A stretch of 61,451 nucleotides of DNA, the filler included, from Bonamia ostreae (Eukaryota), in assembly GCA_040357525.1 (NCBI GenBank). It is 12 parts of 12 records of this genome, joined end to end, with 100 filler letters (N's around TTAATTAATTAA, not from the genome) between each part and the next. Parts side by side here need not be neighbours in the genome. Positions count along the whole stretch, not along the records: positions 46,268 to 51,269 come from JBDODL010000241.1; positions 51,370 to 56,363 come from JBDODL010000242.1; positions 56,464 to 61,451 come from JBDODL010000243.1; 9 more parts are not named here. One strand, 5' to 3'. Of the stretch, positions 46,268-59,803 are shown one piece after another. A model generated the notes under the pieces. The model was not told the origin of the DNA, ran no database searches, and was given only the letters and a program-made list of their open reading frames with translations. Positions within the stretch are counted from its first letter, which is position 1; every line of letters starts with the position of its first letter. Both the position numbers and the translations under genes were made by a program.

Positions 46268-47955
46268 TTTTTCATTTTTTTAATTTGCAAAAATTAAAAA
46301 CAGAACATTTTCAAGCGCTTTAGTGTCAAAACTGTTAAATGGGTTTTTAGTACTGAAACTGCAAATTTTCGAATTATCAAATTTAAAAAATTGAGCAAAC
46401 CAATTTAATATTCATGAACCGTACTGTATTCAAACAATGAATAGTTTGAACTTTCTTTACTTAGATTCTCGCAAAAAGCATTTATGAAGTCTTGAAAGAA
46501 TCCGTGAGGCAATTTATTTTCCATTAATTGGAGAAGAAAATAGTTTAGATTTGTCGATATTTTCAATAATTTAACAGCTGTAATTCTTATCTGTTTGAAA
46601 ATAATTTGGATCAAAGTGGAAAATTATTTAAAAAATTGGCAAAAACATAATCATTTTCGAATTTGTTTGTTTTGTTGTGCAAAGAAATAGCCATTCTTAA
46701 AATTTTGTTGTAATATTGTTCGTATTTATCAAATTTGTTTGGTTCGTGATCAAATTGAGTGTTAATTTTCAAATCGTTTTCCAGCTTTAAGTTGTTGTTT
46801 AAACATCGTATGCAATGTCTCTTAGATATAAAAAGTTTTCTGCAATTATTTTCGGATTGCTGGACGAGAGACTTTTGATTTGTGGCATCGCGTTTCCCAT
46901 TTCGGTTATTATTCGTCGGGGGATTTTTTTATTTCCGTCAAAAACAGCCGTGGACCAAAAACACATTTTGACTATTTTTATAATAGTTCTTCTATCAACC
47001 AATTTGAATCTTTTTGCTTTCCAGTAATAGAACACATCATAATTTGGGACGGTACTAATAACTGAAATTTAGTTTAAGTCGGAAAATGGTGTCTGCAAAT
47101 AAATTACTTTGACCTTAAAAACAGATAAAAAAAAATAGATCACAAATTTTCGATAAAAAAAGTTGCCAAAATTAATGTTGCAAGTCGCAAAAAATTGTCC
47201 TAATTGTTGTAAATAGAATTTTTACAGAAAAATTTTCGCTTGTTTCTTTATTTTACAAAAAATTACGGCAAATCGCAATTAGAAATGTGAACTTATTCAA
47301 CAAAAATTTAAAAATCGGTTAAAGAAACGATTTTTGCGAAAAAAAATCAAATTTCAAAAAAATATGATTTTTTCTAAAAAAGATAATAAATAATAAAAAA
47401 GATAATAAATATTGATGGTTGAACAATTTTCTATTTAAGTAATCAAAATCCATTCTTTTTTAAATTCAGCTAATTTCTTTTTGTTCAAATAATGGATACT
47501 GATAAATCCATCTATCGGGGACTATTTGTAAAAACGAAATCAACTTTTATAAGATCTGGATTCCTAAGACATTTCCTATTGATCTCGATCAAACCAGATA
47601 TAAATGGTGTGTAAATTTTAAATTTTTGTCCATTTTGGCATTCGACATCAAAAATAGCACGATTTTTTGTGGGAAGATATCTTCGTCTTTTTGTGGGAAT
47701 GCGTTTTTTAAAAACTTAAAACTGTTGATTTTTCTATTTGGATTCTTTTCGATAACAGTTGAAATCGATTTTATTTCAAAATTATTGAAAATAAGGGGGT
47801 GATTTTTGTGGAGACTGACCACCAAAATGCTGATTCGATCAAATTAGAAACTTGTTAGGATAACAACTGACAACGTAATTTTGGGCCGCAACAGGTGGAT
47901 TTTTTAAATCGGGATTCGTAAATACTTTATCTACAAATCTGTAATTTTCCGCCAT
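46268..47955 (-). CDS. Hypothetical multi-exon protein, 3' truncated
   Basis: ATG at 47955 (MAENYRFVDKVF) and several co-oriented ORF fragments separated by short introns; family not recognised. Confidence 0.5.
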
Positions 47956-48021
47956 TTTATCTTTTCTTGTATTTTAAATGATCTGAAATTTAGAGCATTT
48001 TCTATAATAAAAATTAGAAAA

Positions 48022-50173
<2,152 letters not shown>

Positions 50174-50252
50174 TAAATCATTTTAAGGCGTTATCCGATT
50201 TAGCCATCCCAGATCCGTTAATTAAACAAAATCAATATAATCAAAACCTTTA

Positions 50253-51269
50253 ATGTCGCCTAACCTTATTAAACACGAGTATGTCGATCCGAAGACAAAG
50301 CGTTCGAAAATCAAAAAATATGAACGCGGAGAAATGCTCGGAAGAGTTTAATTTGTTCACGTTTCAGGGCGGCTTTGCGTATTGCTACGCGATAGAAAGT
50401 TTCGACACACAGAAAAAGTACGCTTGCAAGATCATATCGAAGTCTAAACTCAAAAAGAAGACGACTCGTCTTAAAGTTTTATTGCATTGTTTAAACTGTT
50501 TTTCCAGAACAATTCCATTTCACCCATTCTATTAAGCTTTTTCGGATTAATTTTTTTTAGTTATTAAAATTTTCGATGTATTCAACTTTTAGTTATTAAA
50601 ATGGCATTTCGTCGTCTTTTAATTTGTTTAAATAGTATTGCTAAACGTGGATTTTAATTTTTAATTTTGTGTGTTTTGAGCTGTTTAATGTAAATTGTGC
50701 GCACTAATTTAAGTTAATAAATGCGATCATAAAATTTTAATTTAATGTAAAATAGAATATTATAAACACAAAATCTTTTAAAATTTTGTAAAGCAGAAAA
50801 ACTTTGTGTGCTTGAACAAAACTGATATTAATTCGATTACGTTAAAATCATCGTATTAAATTCTTAAACAAATAAAGCTGATCACAGAAATAAAAGTGCA
50901 CAAATTAGTTTCCGGGCACAAAAACATTGTCCGCTTTGTAAAATGGTTTGAAGATAAAGAAAGAGTTTACATCGTCTTGGAACTATGCAAAAACAAAGTT
51001 TTGTTTTTGTAAAATTAGAGCCTTTTAGATTTGGTTAAAACCAGAGGAAAACTAACAGAAAGCGAAGTGCGCTATTTCATGGCTCAAATTCTCTCTGCTC
51101 TACGCCACATCCATTCAAACAATGTGATCCACAGAGACCTCAAACTGGGAAACATCTTTGTCTGCTCAAACTATATGCTCAAATTGGGCGATTTTGGGCT
51201 CGCCACAAAACTTGAATGGCGTTCTCAACGAAAAACGTTTTTATAATTAAAATTCTCTTTTTGCGATAA
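50253..51269 (+). CDS. Polo-like kinase, N-terminal kinase fragment
   Basis: LGRGGFAYCY, YACKII, LTESEVRYF, IHRDLKLGN, KLGDFGLATKLE. Confidence 0.92.
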
Positions 51270-51369
51270 NNNNNNNNNNNNNNNNNNNNNNNNNNNNNNN
51301 NNNNNNNNNNNNNTTAATTAATTAANNNNNNNNNNNNNNNNNNNNNNNNNNNNNNNNNNNNNNNNNNNN

Positions 51370-51742
51370 CATTAATTAATTGTAATAACAAAAGCGACTT
51401 TTTATAGTCGTTCTCGTTAAAAACATTTATTTCGACTGATTTTACAATAAGATGCGTTTCTGCTCTGTACTGAAATTGCCACCAAAAGTGGCCAACAAAG
51501 CCACAGCTCTGAGCAAAGAAGCCGAAAATCACTCATTTGCGTCCGGTAAAGCCCCCGCGTCGATCGCGGCCGCCAGCATCTTGGCCGCGGCGGACATGGA
51601 ACACGATTCCAATCTGCACAAGTCGGTCGAAGAAGTGGCAGAAGCGACGCACATTTCCGCTTCGACGCTCAAACAAATGTACAAAGCGATGCAGTCCAAC
51701 GCGAACGTCCTTCTCGCCGCATTGGAAAAAACAAAAATTTAA
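51370..51742 (+). CDS. Transcription factor IIB, C-terminal cyclin repeat (5' truncated)
   Basis: RFCSVLKLP, GKAPASIAAASI, KSVEEVAEATHISASTLKQMYK. Confidence 0.88.
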
Positions 51743-51745
51743 AAT

Positions 51746-52187
51746 TCATTTAATTTTCTTTTCGGAGCGCTTCTTTTTCTTCTTTTCTGCTTTTTTGATT
51801 TTTTTGTGCTTTTTCTCTTTTTTGCGCTTCTTTTTCAGTTTTTTATGCAATTTGAGGAGACGGTCTTCCGAAGCAATCAATGACGACTTTTCCGCTTTAT
51901 CCCAGATGTCTTCCTTCCGTTTTTCGGCCGCGCTCTGTTTTCTTTTCAAGTCGGAGTTGGCGCGAAGGTCTTGCAGTTTGTTCTTCTGTTTGTCTTTTTC
52001 GATGAGCTCGTTGATGTAGCTCTGGTTCTTGCTGACGATCTCGTTTATCTTCTGCATCTTCCTCAACCCGTCTGCGGAACTTTCGAACTGGTGGCCCATT
52101 ATGTCTAAAAATTACGGTTTAAAGTTTTCGATCTTTACCTTCTTCCGCGTCCTCCAAGTCTAACATGTTGTTTGAAGAGTTGAGCAT
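51746..52187 (-). CDS. Small Lys-rich coiled-coil protein (2 exons)
   Basis: ATG at 52187, one GT-AG intron, poly-Lys C-terminus; family not recognised. Confidence 0.6.
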
Positions 52188-52287
52188 TTTCTGTTTATTA
52201 TCTGATTATAAGCAAATTTAGCTATTGCTAAAGAAAGCAAATTTGACAATTGCTAAAGTTGCAAAATTTGCTCAAATTTTGGTTAGA

Positions 52288-54632
52288 ATGTCAAAACTGG
52301 CGAATCTCAGACAAACTCTTCGAAACCTCAAAATCGACGCGTTCATTATTCCGACCAAAGACGCGCACAACGTTCAAATCGTTATTTCCGTAGAGCGAAT
52401 ACATTGCGAGCAGAGACAAGCGCCGCGAGTTCATTTCCGGGTTCAGCGGGTCCGCGGGGACTGCTGTCGTGACCATGGAGCGCGCTTTGCTGTGGGTCGA
52501 CCCCCGCTACTGGTTGGCCGCCGAACTCCAAACCGACAGAAAATTTTGGGAAATCGTCAGAATGGGCCAGAAAAACGCGCCTTCGCTTACTGAATGGCTG
52601 TCTGAGAACTTGTCTGAAGACTCTGTGCTTGGTTTCGACCCGTTTCTGACATCTGCCCGAGAACACAAAACGTGGAAACACAAATTGCGCAAAATAAGAG
52701 TTCGAGCTGTGCCGAAAAATCCCGTCGATTTGATCTGGGACGAACAGCCAAAATATCCCGTCGAAAAAATATTCGTCCACACCTTAAAGTTTTCTGGGAA
52801 TTTTAAGGTATTCCGGAAAAGACGCCAAAACCAAAATAAGAGAATTGAAGCTTCAACTCGCGAAGAGCGGATGTTTTGCCTGTGCGGTGACTTCTTTGGA
52901 TGAAATCGCTTGTAAGCCATTTCACGTCTCAACTCGCTAACATTAAAGGGCTCTTGAATCTGAGAGGAAACGACATTGAGTTCAATCCTGTTTTCATCTC
53001 ATATTGCATCGTCAGTTCGTCGAAAACAACGCTCTTCGTGGATCCTGAAAAACTGGACGAGAAAACGAAGCAGTATTTGCAGACGGAGCTCGAAATCGAG
53101 ATAAAAAATTACGAAGACATCGAAAAGGAATTGCGTTCTGTCGGCGAAATCGCGCGGACCAAAAAGTTGAAAATCTCCGTGTCTCCGGACCAATGCAACC
53201 AAGCGCTGTGCGCAATTTTGTCTGGGATCGACAGCAACCTCATCTTCGAGCAAAGGTCGCCCGTGGAATTGAGCAAAGCTGTCAAAAACGACGTCGAAAT
53301 CGACGGGATGATAAACAGCCATATCAGAGACGGCGCGGCGAAAGTTGTTTTTGCTATTTCCACAGACTGCTTGGATGGCGTGGCTGGAAGAAGCAATGGC
53401 CGAAAAGGATTTGAAATTGACTGAAATTGATGTGGCGGACAAATTGGAATTCTTCCGAAGGTCGATTAGAAAATTTTTATTTTTTGCAAACTTTTTTTTA
53501 ATTATTTTTTTCTGGAAATTTTTATTTTTTTGAAATCGATAAAAAAAATTTTCATTTTTCTGGAAATTTTTATTTTGTGGAAACTTTTATTTTTTTAATT
53601 TTTTTCTGGAAATTTTTATTTTTTGAAAACTTTTATTTTTTTAATTATTTTTTTCTGGAAATTTTTATTTTTTGGAAACTTTTATTTTTTAATTATTTTT
53701 TTCTGGAAATTTTTATTTTTTGAAATCGATAAAAAATTTTCATTTTTCTAGAAATTTTTATTTTTTGAAAACTTTTATTTTTTAATAATTTTTTCTGGAA
53801 ATTTTTGTTTTTAGTAATTTTCCGAAGATCGATTAGAAAATTTTAATTTTTAGCCGACAAAAAGATTTCAAGGGATTGTCGTTCAACTCAATTTCAGCCG
53901 TCGGAAAAAACGGAGCGATTATCCATTATCAACCGACTCCACAAAACAACTCAGAAATGGACCGTTCTAAGCTTTACCTCATCGATTCCGGCGCGCAATA
54001 TTTGTTTTGCGTCGATAAAATTTAGAGACGGCACAACAGACGTCACCCGCACGATGCATTTCGAGCGCCCAACAGAGGAAGAAGTGCGCCAGTTCACGTT
54101 GGTTTTGAAGGGGCACATTGCCCTCGCGCGAGCTGTGTTTCCGGAGGGGCTGTCCGGTTCGATGCTCGACGTGCTCGCGCGGCAACATCTGTGGAAAAGA
54201 GGGCAGAACTACGGCCACGGGACAGGCCACGGCGTCGGGTCTTTCCTCAACGTGCATGAAGGCCCCCAATCCATATCGGTTTCCAAGAAGCCTTCGATCG
54301 GGCTGAAAGCCGGAATGGTCTTGTCGAACGGTAATATTTTCGAGTAATCAATCGTCGCAGAGCCGGGATTTTACAAGAAAGACTGCTTCGGAATAAGGAT
54401 AGAAAGCGTCATCGTCGTCAAGAAAGCAACATTCGAAGGATTCTTGGAGTTCGAAACCGTCACGATGGTCCCGATACAGACGAAAATGGTTGACGTCTCT
54501 CTGTTGGACGACGGGGAGAAGGAATGGCTGAACGCTTATCACCAAAAATGTCTTGCAAAGTTGAGGCCTTTGCTTGAAGACGACGAAAGAGCTCTCAGAT
54601 TTTTGGAGAGCTCTTGTGCTCTGATTGAATAG
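52288..54632 (+). CDS. XPNPEP1: Xaa-Pro aminopeptidase (aminopeptidase P, M24B), multi-exon
   Basis: DAHNSEY, ISGFSGSAG, DEIAWLLNLRGNDI, DSGAQYLDGTTDVTRT, HGTGHGVGSFLNVHEGP, NEPGFY, GIRIES. Confidence 0.96.
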
Positions 54633-54742
54633 ATAATAAAATCAGCGTAAATTTAAAATATTGCAAATTTTGCAATCCAAAAAAGACAAATTTAAAATGG
54701 TGAAAACGTAAATGTAAAGTGGAGAGATTTGATTAAATTTGT

Positions 54743-54951
54743 GCACTCAAAAATCGGCGATCTTTTTGCATTTCGCCTTTGAGTGCTAAATGTGCTATGA
54801 GGTGCAAGCCAAAGGGACGGTTGGCGGTATCATTATTGTTAGAGCAAATATGATCTTACTTTGAAAATAAGATTGCTTTAAAAGCACGACCGTTCCCTTC
54901 ATAGCACTGTCTTTTTAAAGAGACGAAAAATAAAAATGCAGATCAGCATTT
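54743..54951. ncRNA. Unidentified highly structured intergenic RNA candidate
   Basis: Helices GCACTCAAA/TTTGAGTGC, GGCGA/TCGCC, GTGCTATGA/TCATAGCAC and AGGGACGGTTG/CGACCGTTCCCT enclosing a multibranch loop, plus two small hairpins. Confidence 0.6.
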
Positions 54952-55021
54952 AACAGACAATTTTGACAGTCAATTTTAACAGTCAATTTTAAAATCGAAA
55001 AAAATGTTTTGATAATTTAAG

Positions 55022-55432
55022 TCAACTTATCTTTTCTGTATATTTCATTTTAAGATTTCTTTTGAACTCGTTATGTTTCGTTCTGCATTGAATAAAATTA
55101 AAGAATTGTGTTCTTATTGCGCCAGATAAATAAACATCGCCGTTTTTTAAAAAAGCGATTTTATTTTTTGTATCTTTATCTTCTCTTCTAACGTTGGGAT
55201 ATTTGTTTTGCAAATATCTCAACAATTTCAACTCAAAACAGACAAATTTTTCTTTAGAGAAAGTAAAAATCGTTTTTGTCAAATCTAATAAATCTTTTAC
55301 GGCCGAACCTACAATTGTCGTGACAAAGACTAAAAGGATAGGAAGATATTTTTGTTTTGCGTTTTTTATTTTTATCAGCGAAAAATGTTTTTTTGCCATA
55401 ATTGGCAATTTCTTTAGTTTTGGTAATGCCAT
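55022..55432 (-). CDS. Hypothetical basic protein (exon structure uncertain)
   Basis: 136-aa ORF, no recognised motif. Confidence 0.35.
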   Translation of the reverse strand: MALPKLKKLPIMAKKHFSLIKIKNAKQKYLPILLVFVTTIVGSAVKDLLDLTKTIFTFSKEKFVCFELKLLRYLQNKYPNVRREDKDTKNKIAFLKNGDVYLSGAIRTQFFNFIQCRTKHNEFKRNLKMKYTEKIS

Positions 55433-55832
55433 TTGAAAAATGATTTTTGTTGGAATGATTATTATCTTAAAATCTTGATAATTTAATTCACGGTTGTTTT
55501 TAAATTAAAAAAATTGTCTTTTGGTAAAAATTTTGTGAATTGTTGTAATTGGATTTAAGTCAACCATTTTATTGCTTTTCGCAATTTTTTGTTCGCGTGT
55601 ATAAGAAAATAATCAGAAAACAATGAATTGAAAATCAATTTAACTGAAAAAAAGTTAATTTTTCGGTTGTAACATTAAAACTGCTTTTACAGCCAATTTC
55701 TTTAAATTTGACGATAAATTTAAATTTGTTATTTTGCAATTCCAAAATTTCTCCAATTCAGCAAAATTTTAGATAAAAAATTTGGCAAAATTTTAATTAA
55801 AACTTAAAAGCTAAATTTTAATGTTAGCTGAA

Positions 55833-56363
55833 ATGTTGAATAAAAACGGAAACGAATTGATTGAACAAATAAAAGAGAGCAGTTGGATTCCTAAATACAA
55901 CGTTTGCTAAATACAAAAATTAGACAAAACTAATTGCCAAAATCCAGAACGATTTAAATTCAGACCATTCAAAGCTAAAAAAGCAATTTGAAAAAATGTT
56001 TCGATTTAACAAAATAGAAAGCGGTTAGAAAAAGAAGGAGAAAACGTGGAAGAGTACAAAGCGACGTTATCTGCAAAATATTGTGCCATGAAGCAGAGCA
56101 TTCGCTGCGTCGTCTCATATCTGTTTCATTCAATTGCATTTAACCGTGAAGAGATTTTCGCCGCGACGCGCTCGAAGACGTGTTTTGGGAAGTCGGGAAT
56201 TATCTGCCAAACGAGTCAGAGCAAAAACTGTCAACAACTGAAAGAGAATATTTTTCAAAGTACTCAGCGTTGATCTCTGAATATTCTTCCGAGGTTGGAT
56301 CAGAAGTGACCAAAGACGTTGAGCCTCCAACGGATTTGTTTTTGGAGATACGCGTTGTAAGGG
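55833..56363 (+). CDS. PSF1: GINS subunit Psf1, 3' truncated
   Basis: NELIEQI, IPKYN, RCVVSYL, LSTTEREYFSKY, PPTDLFLEIRVV. Confidence 0.88.
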
Positions 56364-57062
56364 NNNNNNNNNNNNNNNNNNNNNNNNNNNNNNNNNNNNN
56401 NNNNNNNTTAATTAATTAANNNNNNNNNNNNNNNNNNNNNNNNNNNNNNNNNNNNNNNNNNNNGATCACCGGGTCCTCAACCAAAACCTCTCGCGAGGAT
56501 GGCAATAACGGTTTTTAATAATTGACCTGCCCGATTGTATTTTTAAAATGGCGCATCTTCCGTTAATTTCGAAATGGTTGTCATTGGCTGGAGAACAATT
56601 GACAGGAACTGTTTTTTTATTGGCATTGCCGTAAATCCCTTTAATTTTTTGTTTACACTAAATTCATTTTGATTTTTATTATTTTATTTTTATATTATTC
56701 TTTTGATCGTGGCCCATAGATAATAACTTTAAACAACAGTCAATTTATTTAAATAACTGGCCATTAGTTTAAAAAAAAAGAAATGTCAAGAGAGCGTTTG
56801 TTTAAGACATCAAAATCTTTTAGATTATAGATATTTCGAATCTGAATTTTCAAATTGAATGTACATAAGAAACATTAAGAGTCCATTTTCAGAGATAGAT
56901 TTCTAAAATCTGTAATCCTTTTCTGATTTAATCTACCATCAGATTGAGCAATAGGAATAGTCCGTTAGGTGTATAAAATCGAAAATAACGATTTGCAACT
57001 TTTCAGTCAAAAGGATTTAATTCTCGTTGGGCATAAATTAACAAGGCTGCAAAGCAAATCCG

Positions 57063-58036
57063 ATGATGTCGATGAAACTAATAATATTAAATTTATGCGT
57101 CATTGGTAGTCAATTGTATGGCCCGCCTAGCAAAGCATGTGAGATGATACCGGTTAGAGCTACTGAAAAGAAATGTCGCGGCACAGAGAATTACTGCGCC
57201 ATTTTCGCAGAAACTGAAGGGAGGACCTGCAAAGAATATTGTGAGGCCAAAAACACGATGTGCATAGCATCGTTTAACGAGATCAACGATTCTTGTAGAG
57301 AGAAAGGGGAGGACACGAAGTGCGCCAGCAAAACCGACGACCAAATCTGCTTCTGTCATCTTGACTTCCTGACTTTGTTCCCGAGGAAAAAGGAAGTTCT
57401 GAAAGAAAAAATGATTGACAAAATCATAGACAAAATATTCGCAAGTTTAGCTTTGACCGATAGAAAATAAAATCAAAGAGATCGCCGCAGAAACAGCGAA
57501 CGATATGAATCCCACTGCCGAAGACGATGAATCGGAAGCAGCAAAAGAGACGATTGCCCAAAACGCCACGAAAAAGCCCTATAAGTGCAAAAGGCCGAGT
57601 TACAACTTGCCATGGCGCTGCAAAAGTTTGATTGCATTAAACAAAGGCTGCTCTCCGTGCACGAGAAGCCTGACGAGTCTGAAACTGGAAAACGTCGGAG
57701 GCTACGACGGCCCGATCACGTTACTGCAGCAGTCGGTCGGCGGGAAGATGGTTCCGCGCAACGAGTCCGGGCGCCATCTCGAAATCGAAGGAAAGCTCGG
57801 GGACGGCGTGATAGGCGAGAAGGTGTTCCTGTTCAAAGGCGAGTGCCTAGGTTTGCTTGGTCACCTTAGACGCGACGATCTTCACCGACTGCGACCATCG
57901 CGTGGCGGAGGGCGACGAGGTCGGCGATTGGCGGGTCGCCGGCGGCGAGAGCCTCTTCGGTGGGACCGACCACAGAGACTGCTCTCCGTTCGAGAGCCGC
58001 GTCTTCGCGCGAGCCGACTGCGAAAGTAAATCGTAA
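57063..58036 (+). CDS. Secreted Cys-rich protein (3 exons)
   Basis: Signal-like N-terminus and Cys-rich module (TCKEYC..C..C..C..ICFC); 34- and 19-nt introns join to a second domain ending IFTDC...GD.VG.WRVAGGESLFG...SKS*. Confidence 0.65.
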
Positions 58037-58039
58037 ACA

Positions 58040-59571
58040 TTAGCTTTTAATCTTCTCGAGCCGCTTCTCGAGCTTGTCATTCTGTTTCAGCGGGAACACA
58101 AAGTAGAGGATGGCCTTAGATCGGAGTAGATCAAAATAAGTTTTGGAATACAAAATAAGTTTTGTAAGTTTTTGAATACAAAATAAGTTTTGTCAACAGT
58201 AAAGCAGCTTTAAAATAAAACAGTGATAGCCGACGCTGCGAACACGGCGTAGTAGAAGACGTTGGCCGCAAAGAACTGCTTGAAGGGGGTGCTCGCCTCC
58301 ATGTCGCGGTAGAAGCGGGTCACGTAGCAGTCCCCGAGCTGCGTCGCCGAGACTCGCGCGAGGAGGTGCGAGACCGGGAGACTCAGCGCCAGCAGCAGCA
58401 CCGCGTTCACCAGAAACGCGTCGGCGTAGGTGTTCCGCGACTCCATTTTGTAGCCGACGAAGATGAAGGGGACGATGACGCTGAGCCGCAGGAGCCCGAA
58501 GACGGCCGCCGCCAGAAGGTAGAGCGCGAAGAAGATTGTCACCGCGAGCGAAACGAAGTAGAAGCCGTCTTCGGTGAGAAAGGAAACCTGTTGTCACGCC
58601 GGAGACGATGATCCCGATCAAGTCCACGCGGTGCTGCTCGGAGACCAACACGCCCAGAACGATGGCCGCGACCCAGAACGCGCTCATCAGAGCACTTAAT
58701 GTTAGCGAGCGAACCAGAAGACGGAGAGGGCGAGGTGCGCCCACGGCCAGATCGGGTTGCCGCCTTTGAACTGGTAGGACACCTGCAGGTTCAAGTAGTC
58801 CTCCTTGACGACTTTGACCGCTTCCACGAAGGTGTTGACCGAACTTCGCCGCGAGAAGAAGTTCATGGCGTCGAGGCTGCTTTGGCGAACAAAACCTTTT
58901 GAGGACCTCTTGGCCCGACGCGTAGAGTTGCCGGGCGCGCGCGCCGAGGGCCTTTCTGCAGGCGTCGTAGTCTTCGCGCTGCATCGGGGAGGGCCGGTAC
59001 TTCCAGTAGCAGAACAGAGTTGCCGGAAGAGCCACGAGCCCAATGCCGAGCAGCACGCAGAACGGGAACCACGCGATGAAGTCCATCACCGCGATGGCGT
59101 ACTCGAGCAGGCTGAGGCTCCTGTCGGAGGCGGAGAAGAAAATCGGCAACAGGACAACGAGGTAGACGGCCAGACAGACGCTCGTCCCGACCAGAGACTT
59201 GACGATCCGCTTGCTCAGGTTGTCTCCGCCGTACTTGACGAAAATCGCGTTGAAGAAGAAGATCGAGAACGGCGCGACGAGCACGACGAGCGCGACGGTG
59301 ACGCCGCTGAAAGTCTGGAACAGCACGTCGTCGCTGATGTCCGTCGCCCCGGAGCCGTTGGCGCCGCTCGCCGGGACCGCGATCGTGGTCGTGAAGGCGA
59401 AGGCCATGAGAACGATCTGGCAGTTGGCGTCAAAACCGCTATGAGCTTGGGCGCGATGCCGGTGTCGTCGTCGGGGTGGGAAAAGCGAGTGACGAAGAGA
59501 GCGGCGCAGACGAGAAGCAAAAACGGAAACACGCAGATGGTTATGATCAGAGAAATGTCGTTGCCATTCAT
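58040..59571 (-). CDS. LMBR1/LIMR-family polytopic membrane protein (6 exons)
   Basis: FSHPDD...PKLI, PFSIFF, GIGLVALP..L...RP, FLVNAVLLL; four 19-20-nt introns and one longer last intron. Confidence 0.85.
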
Positions 59572-59674
59572 CGTCCACTTTATCGGATGTTGTTAATGTT
59601 TTAATCGTAGCCAAAAGTTTATTTGGTCTTGATCTGTTCGTTTCCCGAAGAGTCAACTTTTTCTCACAAAATCA

Positions 59675-59790
59675 ATTACAACGATAAATTTGTACAAAGT
59701 CGATAACAACGATAAATTTCTACAAAGTCGATAACAACGATATTTCTACAAAGTCGATAAGAACGATAATTCTGAACAAAGTAAGACAAA
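59675..59790. repeat. ~29-bp tandem repeat, about 4 copies
   Basis: Unit acaacgataaatttctacaaagtcgata. Confidence 0.85.
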
Positions 59791-59803
59791 AAAAATTTAC
59801 TGT

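Noticed and set aside
54797-54835. SECIS-like ATGA...AAA downstream of XPNPEP1
   Set aside because: No 3' GA to form the quartet, and no in-frame UGA in the upstream gene.
58026-58043. Possible 18-nt intron extending the Cys-rich gene
   Set aside because: The frame stops naturally at 58036, and the downstream sequence is better explained as the last LMBR1 exon on the minus strand.
58193-59656. 487-aa ORF and long antisense ORFs (58805-59596, 60587-61171)
   Set aside because: GC-rich read-through across introns and shadow frames of the spliced LMBR1 and UBX genes.
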